A stretch of DNA of 35,934 nt from Craspedostauros australis. Taxonomy: Eukaryota. The notes below the pieces were generated by a model. That model was not told the DNA's origin, made no database searches, and saw only the letters and a program-made list of their open reading frames with translations. A program made the position numbers and the translations under genes. The DNA lies in NCBI GenBank assembly GCA_030167865.1, contig JALAGF010002914.1, positions 1-35,934 of the forward strand, read 5' to 3'. Shown here in pieces: positions 11,781-22,143 of the stretch (the stretch's first letter is position 1; each line of letters starts with the position of its first letter).

Positions 11781-12158
11781 TCATTGCTCCGCAGAAGTGG
11801 GGAGCGAAGGGGTGAGGTTGATGGAATGAATGGGCTTGTTGACTTGCTCGAGCAACAGGCGGCGCTTCATCCGTCTCAGCTTCTTGACGAGGTTGGCCGA
11901 ATCCTCCGGCGACGCGCTGCCATCGGGCCCTGAGAATCGTGTAGATGTGGGCGACGGGGGCGATGGTGGGCTGAAGCTGCCAACAGAGCATCTTGGGGTG
12001 GGTGGCATCATGAGGAACTCAGAGTCTTCTGGTACGGAGGTCAGCATGGATGTGCGGACCAGCGACACCCTTCGCGGTGTTGTGGGGGGCGATTGCATGC
12101 TGATGGGAGAGACGTTCATGTTGCCGTGAATGTGGCTGTCGTCGATTGCGAGATTCAT
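11781..12158 (-). CDS. Hypothetical small Ser/Pro-rich protein
   Basis: 125-aa ORF preceded by a CA-rich leader on the minus strand. Many SP/TP sites and a basic helix KKLRRMKRRLLL. Confidence 0.55.
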   Translation of the reverse strand: MNLAIDDSHIHGNMNVSPISMQSPPTTPRRVSLVRTSMLTSVPEDSEFLMMPPTPRCSVGSFSPPSPPSPTSTRFSGPDGSASPEDSANLVKKLRRMKRRLLLEQVNKPIHSINLTPSLPTSAEQ

Positions 12159-13731
12159 GTTTGCTGGATGTGGTTGTGGTGTGGTTCCTTTCGGTATGAA
12201 CGTCGATGCTGGTGTTGGTGTCGATGCTAACGTGAGTGTTGATGTTAACGCGAGTGTTGATGTGAGTGCGGATGTGGGCGCGTGTGATGACTGCTTGGCG
12301 TGTCAAATTGTGTCAAGGTGGTTGGTCAGTACTCAGTGGCACAGAGGAAGGCTCGGTTTTGACCGTTGGTTGTACTTCGTACCCACAGGTGAGTGAGGGA
12401 TTGTTGTGTGCTGAGCACCAATACGGGATGCTGGTAGCCGATCTGGTCACCGCCACGGAAAAGATCGGATCAGCGAGCCACAGCAACAAATCAAGGTGTC
12501 GAGACTGCACACAAACATTGAGAAAGGAGCAACCGCAGCGATGGGGAGAAACAGGAACCGGGTGTGGCACGCAGAAATACGCGAAGACAGAAGGATAGCA
12601 TCATGGAGGGCACGCAGGATGTCAACGGAGATGGTGGAAGAGGCAACGATGTCAATGACGGAACAGGCGGCTGAAGTTCCTTGACACTCGTCGAACGTTC
12701 CGCAACACTTTGTTCCAAGGTGGGTGCGCACTTGAGAACCAACGTGTCGTGTTTTGACACAAAGATACCTTTTGATGCGCGCGCTCGCGCCGTAGATCTT
12801 CTACGTGAATCAACCAATCACTCTTGCGACACTTCTCTTGCGCTGGATCTTTCGTGACATCCAACTTCGGCGTTTTGCGCGTCAGTTTGGTAAATGGGCA
12901 AAGTGACAACAAGATTCACCCCAACACTCCGACACAACCGCAAACCCACCGCTCGGAATCGGACGCAAAGGGCGGTTGCGATAGCCAACTCGAGAGAGCC
13001 ACTTGCATGGTGGTATGCTTCTCTGTCCCGAGACGAAGTGCTTTGATACTGTCACGCTTTTTGTGCCGTCCCGAGGAGAACGGGGATTGGCACTGCAGAC
13101 ATGCGCATACGTATGCCCTACTCGTCGGAATGAGAACAAATGAAGGCGAAAGGGATGGCCGCGCGTTCATTGATGAAGGCCGGTTCTGAGTTGTCGAGGA
13201 AGACGATCTTATCTCTTCGCATTTGAAGTTCTATCTAGTGCATTAACTATGGTCAGGAAGAACAAAGGGAATCGCCTGTGGCGCAGCGATCCAAGCTCCG
13301 ATTGCGTCGTTGCGGAGAGGGTGCACACGAGGCCATGGTGCGCATACTGCCCACCTGGCCTGAAATCATCTTTCTTGGGAGGCCACTCCTCAACTCTCGG
13401 TTTTGTAATACGTATGTGTGCATGCCACAGAATGCTCTGCGCCTCTTACTTGTCTACATTCAACGAGAAGTTCTAACGGGAACGGGCTATGGGAAGTGAG
13501 TCTCGGCACCGTGGATGAATTCTTCGGCGCAAGAAACAAGAAATCAGCTCCCTCTTTGGGTGGCGCTGGTGGTGTAGCCGCATGAGCGCTCAGCGTTGAG
13601 GACCATACCAATCGAGGCTCCGAGGAGGCGACGCAAACGAAAGAATGTACGTACTCTATCAATACGACCACTCTACCTAAAGTCGTTTCATACGATAGGT
13701 CACGCCAAAGGAGCTCGCCAGAATCGTTGGG

Positions 13732-13761
13732 CTCGATGGTTCACGCCTCGATGGTTCACGC
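13732..13761 (+). repeat. Perfect 15-bp tandem duplication (ctcgatggttcacgc x2)
   Basis: Read directly in intergenic DNA. Confidence 0.8.
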
Positions 13762-14945
13762 ATCTCGCTCTCTCTCTGCCCGATAGCACCGACGTCTTTT
13801 GGATCTACGAGTACTAGTACGAGTACGAGCACGTAGGAAGGAATAGCAGGGATCGTAACAGATTGTCCGTTTGCGTAGAGTCGTCGGATCCATAACCGGA
13901 GCGGCGGAATCTTAAGTGTTGCATTCCGTCATGGAATTCCCAAGTGCCGTGCCAACCACAGCAGGTACCCCCAGTCAGAACTGCAGAACAGAACGTTCCA
14001 ATTCAGTCGCAGGTTCGGCCTCACACGCAGCGCTGTAGCGAAATTAGAGGAGACGAATTGGAACAGGAACATGACCCGACCACGACCACGACGGCGATGG
14101 CGACATGGTGCGTCGAACAGTGGTAGTCTTTGCGCACTCGTTTCCAAAACCAGAACAACCCTGGTCTCAGAGAAATTCTTCCTGCCTCCTCCCGGCTGCG
14201 ACCAACTCGCACATCCACTCGCACACTCCCCCTGGAATAGTGCTCTGCGAGTGTAGTATTCTGCTTCATACTACCTACTCCCCGCGAGAGAGCTTCCCAC
14301 ACCCAAGACATCCTAATGCAAAGATTAGCAAGTTCCCACGAAGACGACAGACAAGAAACGGCAGATCCCACGAAGAAGGGCGAACACACCGAAATTTCGA
14401 AATTCTTTTGAGAATTGTTCATCGCGGCGAATTCCACCAACAAGTATCCATGGACGCTAACAAAGTACCTTGGCAATGGAGGGATGGACAGACTATGCCT
14501 ATTTTGGCGCCAAAACAGATTTGCGTCTGGGCAGAGCGGAACAAAAGTGACGAAGAGCCTCGAAGTCCTACAAGTTTGTGTACGGTGCAGCTCGTATCCG
14601 CGAAGAGGATGTCCATAGTTTGAATCATCCTCTTTGGGAGTACTGCCCGATCCTGTTGTGGGTCATTCTTCACGATAGTGTACCATAGTAAACAAGTACT
14701 CTAAACACGTGCCATACTTGTATGAATTCCCACAGATGAGTATTGTGCGCAAAGTGCCATTCATCATTTTGCACAACGAAAACCTGAGACGTGGCACAGA
14801 ATCAGCCACCAGCTGACGCACACGAAGATACGATAGGCACCTGTGGTTTGAAACAGGCCATAACTCCAGCAATTGTCGCAACTGCAAGAACTGAAGTCTT
14901 CTGTGCGAGTGGACCACAATCCACTTGAAGTCCAACAGCGACAAC

Positions 14946-17374
14946 ATGCACTCGAATTCTCGCGGCACCGCAAGACCGTACTACGCGGTCGATGCGAGCG
15001 ACAACAGCGTGGCGAGCGATGGCTGGTCGACCCTCCAGGACAACTCTGTTGCGGCCAGCGACGGCGACAGCGCCACCTACGCCACCTACACCTCCCAAAA
15101 GTCGCTGCTCGACACGATCAACATCGTTCAGGAGGACATCAGCGTGAAGCCAATGCGTGCGGTCGCCAACGTCGCGGAGGATCGCAAGCCCAAAGCCAAG
15201 GACAACGACGATGGCGCCGAGGAGAACCAGCAACAGGCGGCTGCGGGCGGAGCTGCGGCAGGTGTTTCCATGGCATCCATCTTCTCGGCGCAGCTCATCG
15301 CCAAGAAGTTCGCGGAAAAGATCAAGAAGACTGTGGCGGAGGACGTCAAGCCCAACATCACCCAGACCATCGAGCAAACGCAGACCATGCTGCAGGCGCA
15401 GGTCGCCAGCATCCAGTCCACCACCCAAACGACCATCGATTCCGTCTCGCGACAATCCAAGCGAGCTTCGGCCGCCTTTCAAGAAAAGGCCGTAGAACCC
15501 TTGCAAAAGAAGACCCAGGAAACGGTGGAGGCGATTGGCAAGTCATCGCGACAGGTGGTGGAAGAGCAGGTGGTGCCGAAGTGGCAGGCCGTGCAAGATA
15601 CGACGCGTGCCACGGTGGACACCCACATTCGACCGCATGTGGAACGTGGATCGGTGTTGCAGGCCAAGATCGCTCCGTACTATGTTGGAAACGCGCAGTC
15701 CTTCGTGCGACTGTACTCCTACGAACCCCCGCAAGACAAAGAAGATGACAACGTAGAACTTGAGACGCGCGCGGTCGTAATAGAAGGTGAAGGCCCCGTG
15801 AAAACGGACCAGGACGTCGAAGTCGCAATCACATCGAAGCCCAAACCAAAGGACCAAGCGACGCGGCAATGGATTCATTTCGCAGGCGTCATGCTCGAGG
15901 CGACGATGCGTGCGTGCGGACGCGTTGTGTTTTGCAACAATCCTATCACAGGATTGATCATCTTCCTGACGTTGACAGTGGCACATCCGTGGCTAGCACT
16001 GTCAGCCTTTGCGTGCGGACTCAGCACCAACGTCATCGCGCATCATCTGCAGTTGGGGACAGAGCAGATCACGTCAGGGCACTTGGCGACTTGCAGCGTC
16101 TTGCTGGGAGCGGCGTGCGTTGGGTACTTCGATGTCACGGAGTGGAAGGCAGTGGCAAGCTCTGTCTTCCTCGGCGCCCCGATGGTGCTCACGACAACAC
16201 TCGTGCTGCAGCAGAAGTTGGGATCGGAGTTGCCGCTGTTGCATCTGCCCTACAACGTGGTACTCCTGGCATTGCTCCTGGCCTCCGTGTCATGGAATCA
16301 GTTCTCCATCATCCGCGTTGTCCTCGTCGATGAGATCCAAATGGAAAGCACGATCAAAAACATCCTCACGGGGATCTGGAAGTCCACGTGGTGCGGTATC
16401 GGCATGATCTTCCTGGCGCCGCAGCAGATCTGGGTTGGCATTGTGATTTGGTGCAGCATACTGCTGTACAGCCGCATCGTCGCAGTATCCATGCTCCTCG
16501 CCTCCTTCCTGGCCTCGCTTGGTGCTGCCGTGTTGATCGGCATCCCGCCCGGAACCTTGCACACTGGATTGATCTCGTACAATGCCGCACTTTCGGTCGG
16601 CGCGATCGTGTCCTACCAACGACACTCCAGCCTCGCGGCGACCTGCCTCATGGGCTTCTTCGCCATCGTGTGGACGGGCATCGCGCAGAGCTCATGGAAT
16701 ACTCTCTTTTCATTCATCGCGTGAGTACTCATGTGTTCGATGTTGGATGATATTGTGTTGCAGTCAGTTTGTGCAAAGCGACGATGATTGCAATGGTGAC
16801 AAGGCTGAATATCCAAGGCAAATGAGGATGCTCAACTCAACTCAACTCGACACCATCTGCAACTCTCTCTCACATGCGTATGGTACATGCTCTTTTCCCT
16901 CTCTCTTTCTTTCTCCGTATTCATCTTCGACTCACGCTCTCCAATGCTGCACTCTACAGGAACCTTTCCATGCCATTGACTGTGCCATTCTGTGCAGCGG
17001 CGTTCTTGCATCTGATGATTGGGACCATGCCGTCTTCACCCATCGGATCAGTTCCACGGGAGAATGCCATCGACATACCACCGGAGGACGATCTTAGCAC
17101 CCCTCGCCCGACCGAAGAAGACGCAGATGGCGATGTTCCCTTGGTGCCTCCGGCGGCGATTAGCGTCCCAACCCAAAGCCAAGTGGGTGTTTCAAATCAA
17201 AAGGAGTACGGTGGGAAGGAAGAGACCAAATCAGACAACTACTACGGCGCTGTGGAAGAGGATGGTAGCGACGACGACAGTGCAGGAGTCCACGTATTCT
17301 TGGACGACTCCACGGAAGATGCTGAGCATTCAGAGCACAACCTGGTCAACGAAGAGACGCCGTTGCTTGTGTAA
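14946..17374 (+). CDS. Urea transporter (UT / SLC14 family) homologue with long N-terminal extension, 2 exons (14946-16720, 16960-17374)
   Basis: UT signatures RACGRVVFCNNPITGLII, CGIGMIFL...GIVIW..ILLYSR and GLISYNAALS. After splicing (GTGAGT at 16721, CAG ending 16959) the C-terminal MPLTVPF motif is in frame. Multiple hydrophobic segments. Confidence 0.85.
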
Positions 17375-17546
17375 TCAGCCAGTCCACCAGCGACACGGCC
17401 CTGTGCAGTCCGTGTGTGGATTGAACATGCCATTCGTTTTCTCTCTATATATATATACTAAAACAATGTAATATATCATGCGGTATGGTGTATGCGCAGT
17501 ATGTGGGACGGGTGCATCTGGTTGGTCTCAACTGCTCTCCGAGATA

Positions 17547-18651
17547 TCACGCAAGAGTGTAGTCAGCGTCATCAGTCGAGTTGGTGGAAATAAAGTGAGT
17601 CTTGGACTCTGCTCGTGTCACTGGCGTCATCTCGCTCGATGGTGAGACTGCACCGCTCTCTACCATCTCCAAGCGCTGATTCACGGCACCTTCCAGATTG
17701 TGCGAGTTCGACGAGAGCCCTTCTGCCAGTTCTTCGCTCCCGCCGCTTGACTGCGAAATTAGAAAGGTGCGCAGGAAAGGTGCGCAGGAAAGGTGCGTAA
17801 GAAGGTAAGTGAGAAACGTGGGTAGGTGTAGAGGATATATGGCATGAGTTGAGGCATGTATGTGAGTCGATCAACGTGGCTCAGATGAGGCATACACCAA
17901 CACATACAGAGAACAGTTGGCCGCCTTCTTCATTGCTCACCCAATGACTACTTACCCTTTTGCGGTACAATGCCGCAGCGACGACGGCGACCAGAACGGC
18001 CGCTGCAAGCAGGTAGTTGGTAGGGTTGAAGATGCCCTCGGATCTCATGGTGTCCGTCGATCGTGTGGTACCGCCGGATGTGCCCATCTCGGCGCTGCCT
18101 CCATTGCTATCTCCATTCGCCACGTAGGCATTGTAGCCATCTTCTCCATTCCCACCGTTGCCGTAGACGTAGTTGGCCTGTTCTTCGCAGTCTTCGTCGC
18201 CCTCTTCACATTCCACGGCGCTGTATTCGCAGTTGTTCTCAACACCGACGTAGGATTGCATGTAGACGCAGTCGCCGTAATAGTCTCCAAGGGTGTCAGC
18301 ATCGCAACAGCTTGGTGCGCAGGATGTCGTGTCATCCGTGCTCGAGCACAGGGCCAGGACTTTGCAGATAGGTTTTTTGCTCTCGTGCAAGAGATTGCAT
18401 TTGGGTGTGGGACAAATCTTGCTTGGTCGTGAACATACTTTTAACGAGTACAGCATGTGCGACCAGGAAAAGCGAGACGAGAAGGTCCCCGATGACAACT
18501 CCCTACGTTGCTGCGTGGCAGAATTGCTTCGTGATGCTGCGACTGCTGCTGCTGCGACGTGGGTGGTCGTTGTGCTGGCCAAGCAGAGCATTGCCAGCAC
18601 CATGATGGCGGAAGTTGTCATGTTCGTTCTGTTGCAGGTTGATGTCATCAT
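17547..18651 (-). CDS. SAP-like single-pass membrane protein A (silicalemma-associated-protein-like), 2 exons (18651-17956, 17750-17547), about 299 aa
   Basis: Signal peptide, RREL (RXL) motif, Cys-rich and acidic luminal region, TM YLLAAAVLVAVVAAALY-RKR. GTAAG donor at 17955 and CAG acceptor at 17753-17751 give exon 2 SSGGSEELAEGLSSNSHNLEGAVNQRLEMV...DADYTLA*. Confidence 0.8.
17762..17797 (+). repeat. 13-bp tandem repeat (gaaaggtgcgcag, about 2.8 copies) inside the intron of SAP-like gene A
   Basis: gaaaggtgcgcag gaaaggtgcgcag gaaaggtgcg read directly. Confidence 0.8.
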
Positions 18652-19948
18652 GGTTGCTGTCTCTCTGTGTGCGCGGTGAGCGAGTGGACTTTGGTTGATG
18701 CTCTGTCTTGGGCGGTAGTGTTCTTGTCTTTTCTGTTGCCTCGAAGTTTGTGGGGATGCATGTTTGTGAGTTGTTACCTCAAAGTTGAATGAGTGGTGGC
18801 GTTTGCGTTTGGGCTGGCGTTTGCGTGATGGATGGAGAAGTCGCAGAAAGATGAAGCTCAGCGCGGTGACTTGAGAGAATGTTGAGTGGTGACCACTCGC
18901 ATGGATGGCAGTTGGGTTGAATTGCCGGCGCGGAGAGCCTCAAGGGAGAGAGACGGTGATAGGAACTGGGCTGTATCCTGTTGTCGTCACATTGTCTTCT
19001 TGCGTTGCGTTGCGTTGCGCTTCATTTGCGTTGAGCTGGGTTCGATCAAAGCAAGCTTTCTTGAATGTCACGGATGGATGTCACGGATGCAACGCACATC
19101 GACGTTCTCCTCTCCGCGCCAAGGTGACCCTTCCTCATCTCGACTCCGTTCGCCTCTCCTTGCCTGGTTGGTTTCCTTCACATCGGTAGTACAAGTTGTC
19201 GACTTGTGGACATGTTGTCTTGTTGTGTTTGTATTGCCATCGAAGGAGGTTTCTCTCTCAAGCCGTTGCAACGCTCCCAACGAGCAGCGAAGGGATGACA
19301 CTATGGATGCCAACAGGTGACAGCGAAGCTTGGTGCACGTTGTGCCTCATCCAACTACGATAGCCAAATTGTGCATTTTGCACCTCCAGCGCCAAACCCA
19401 TGGTGATTGTCGACGCGCCCGGCGCTCGCCATAAGTACTTTCATGTGTGTTCTTCGCTGGCTTGCTGACGGTTCGGAAAATTGCAAGCAGTCTTGTTTGT
19501 TTCGTGGAGTTGCGTGTCGCAGATGGGGATCCACAAGACCAACATGGCCTCTGTTTGGCTGTTCTCTCCTTTCCATTTCGCTCTCTCTCTCTGCTTCCGG
19601 CTTGGCTTGAAGAGGGATGTTGGTCTTGGTTGAACGGAGGCTCATGCCGATGGTTGATGTCTGGAACTCTTCTTGTCACAGTGTGATTCATGTGCGTGTG
19701 GTCTTCTGATAGACTGCGGAACGGAGCAGAAGCAGAGCCCAAGTATTGTAGCATACTCATCGGATGCATGGTGGGTTATCACTCTCATCTATGGTGTTGT
19801 TAATATTGATTTTTCATTCATCACGCTAATTGTTGTCACATCCTTATTCACATGTTGGCGCGCTTGCTCTGTGTATTCTACTCGTAGTAAAGCACTCGAG
19901 TTGCTTCGTTCCATTGCTTGTAGTTACTTGTTGTGTTTGAGGCGAAGC

Positions 19949-20971
19949 TCAAACATTGACCGTTCCGTCGACGTCCGTTTGTCTGTAGCCTCCGCCGTTG
20001 GTCGGTGAGTTGGGTGACATTCGCGAGAACAGCGTCATTCGCTTGTTGAGGGCTCCGCGAAGTGGATGCAGTCGCGGTGATCCGGCTGCTCGTGCTCGCT
20101 GGTTCCTCCTGCCGAGGACGGCTCCGACGAACATTGACACGACCACGGCAGGCAGCAGGAACAGCAGCAGGTTGCGTCTACCTCTGCGTGCGCCGTCGCT
20201 CCTTGTCCCTTGTCCGCCGTTCAGGAAGTTCCTGCTGCCGCCACCGGAACCTCCACCTCCACCGGATCCACCGCCTGATGAGCCTTCGTAGTACGACACG
20301 AAGCCTTGGCATTCTGAGTCGCAGCTGCCTGTGGCGGAAGAAACAGAGCCGCTGCTGGATCCACCTCCACCTCCACCAGAGCCGCCGCCTCCACCAGAGC
20401 TGCTGCTACTGCTGCCGCCTGATCCTCCACCTCCAGAACCGCCGCCGCTGCCTCCGCCCGATCCACCACCTCCGGACCCACTTCCACCAGAACCGCCCCC
20501 GGATCCTCCTCCGCCACTACTGCCTCCTCCCGATCCACCACTACCGGAACCTCCTCCGCCTCCAGAGCCTCCACCCGATCCACCACCAACGGAACCTCCT
20601 CCACCTCCAGAGCCTCCGCCACCGGAAGGCACCTTTCCAGCATCAAACTCGCAGTCATCTCCGTCACACTTGTAGTACTTCCGGCACTGCTCGATCTTGG
20701 AGTGCGGCTTGCAGACTGGTGGCGCGCATCCGAAGGGACCGTCGCTGGGGTGCTTGCACATGCCGACCTTGTACATAATGTTGGTGAAGCTGAAGGAGAG
20801 GTTGCGTTGTCGTTGCTGCTGCATCTGCTGAAATTGCAGCTGCTCTTCGATGCTCATGTCTTCAAACTTGATCGGTTGATGCTCCATGACGTTGACTTCA
20901 TCGGCCAAGGCATGGTGGATGGCGGCCACGGCCAACAGCATCATGAGGAAGGTGGTTCGTTGGAACATCAT
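19949..20971 (-). CDS. SAP-like single-pass membrane protein B with poly-Gly/Ser luminal tract, about 340 aa
   Basis: Likely start MMFQRTT (ATG 20971). Signal peptide ...HHALA|DE, RQRNL (RXL), Cys-rich segment, about 100-residue G/S tract, TM LLLFLLPAVVVSMFVGAVLG, cytosolic HPLRGALNKRMTLFS. Confidence 0.85.
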   Translation of the reverse strand: MMFQRTTFLMMLLAVAAIHHALADEVNVMEHQPIKFEDMSIEEQLQFQQMQQQRQRNLSFSFTNIMYKVGMCKHPSDGPFGCAPPVCKPHSKIEQCRKYYKCDGDDCEFDAGKVPSGGGGSGGGGGSVGGGSGGGSGGGGGSGSGGSGGGSSGGGGSGGGSGGSGSGGGGSGGGSGGGSGGGGSGGSSSSSSGGGGGSGGGGGGSSSGSVSSATGSCDSECQGFVSYYEGSSGGGSGGGGGSGGGSRNFLNGGQGTRSDGARRGRRNLLLFLLPAVVVSMFVGAVLGRRNQRARAAGSPRLHPLRGALNKRMTLFSRMSPNSPTNGGGYRQTDVDGTVNV

Positions 20972-21483
20972 GCTGCTGTTGCTATTGCTGATATTGATGA
21001 TGTTGTTCCAGTCCACGCTTTGCTGTTTGCTTGCTGGTTTCGTTTGTGTTGATTGTCGTGTTCTGTTTCGTCGTGCTATCAGACCTTCTGGATTACTACT
21101 GCAATTCTAATTGTGATTGCGGATGTCGATGTCAGGTTCGAGGTTGCTCTCTCTCGTTTGTGTCTTTCAATCTTGTTCAGCGCTCGCGCGTGCAGCAATT
21201 TTTGTGGACTGGGTTGTGGCTGTCGCCTTGCAATTCTGCGATGCAACATGAAACGCCCGTCTCTTTCTCACTCCGAGAGGCAGAGGGATTTGGGAGAAAC
21301 CTTCGGTGGCAATCCAGGACTGCGCAACGCTCCCTCGACCAAGACACAGAGATGGAGAGGCAATGCACACCGTCGTGGAGTACGCAACGACGCCTCTGTC
21401 TGGTGCGTTTTTGTCGAGAAGGAGAACTCCGCATCGTCCGTTTGGTCTCTCTGTGAAGCAAGTGAGAAGTTTGGAGCGTCGCA

Positions 21484-21516
21484 TCACATTTTTGTGAGGT
21501 GCGCACAAAAATGTGA
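21484..21516. repeat. Perfect 13-bp inverted repeat with 7-bp spacer (tcacatttttgtg-aggtgcg-cacaaaaatgtga)
   Basis: Arms 21484-21496 and 21504-21516 are exact reverse complements. Lies in the divergent intergenic region between SAP-like B and the MFS gene. Confidence 0.8.
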
Positions 21517-22143
21517 GGTGAGTTTTGTTCCTAGCGTTAATTAGTGGGTGTCAAAATAAATATATTGAATTATGCTATTGAACGATGGGGACAATAACGG
21601 TCGGGCTGCCTAAATACGGTCGCTAAAAGCTATCAAGATGTATGTGTGAAGTGTCACAACTAAGAACAGAAATGTCACAAAACGTGTTTGGACAAACTCA
21701 ATCGACTTGGTCGTATTGACACTCATGAATGAATGGAGAAATGGGAATGCTTTTGTGCAACCACAAATCTGGAATCCATTCGACGCGAACGTTGTTGTTG
21801 TTGAAGTCATTGTTGGCCTCAGTGGCCACCATCTCAACCAGCGCGCAAGCAGCCAAAGAGAGGCGGAAGCGAAGAAAGATGCATGCACAGGTGATCATGC
21901 TTTGAATCGTATTGCATTCTATCGTATTGCATTGCATGGCGCCGCATTGAATGACATTGGTGGCTGTTGCAACTTTGACTTTGTCGGGGCTGTCTCACAT
22001 TCGTTGATCGAGTGTTTGGATCATCGAGTTCCGGACGTACTTCCGCATGGCATATACTCGTACTTCGTACTTAAGTATCGCACAAGCACAAGCACAAGCA
22101 CACAAAGAGAAGACAAAGAGAGAAACAGAAAGATCGGCTCAAG

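Noticed and set aside
12200-14900. Numerous 60-170-aa ORFs in a long intergenic region
   Set aside because: No recognisable motifs or consistent codon bias, so they cannot be supported as genes.
17572-17874. 100-aa - strand ORF as exon 2 of SAP-like A
   Set aside because: Wrong frame. The phase-0 splice at 17751 uses a different frame, which contains the family motif.
20331-20675. Pro-rich ORF (PPPPEPPP...) on the + strand
   Set aside because: Antisense shadow of the Gly/Ser tract of SAP-like gene B.
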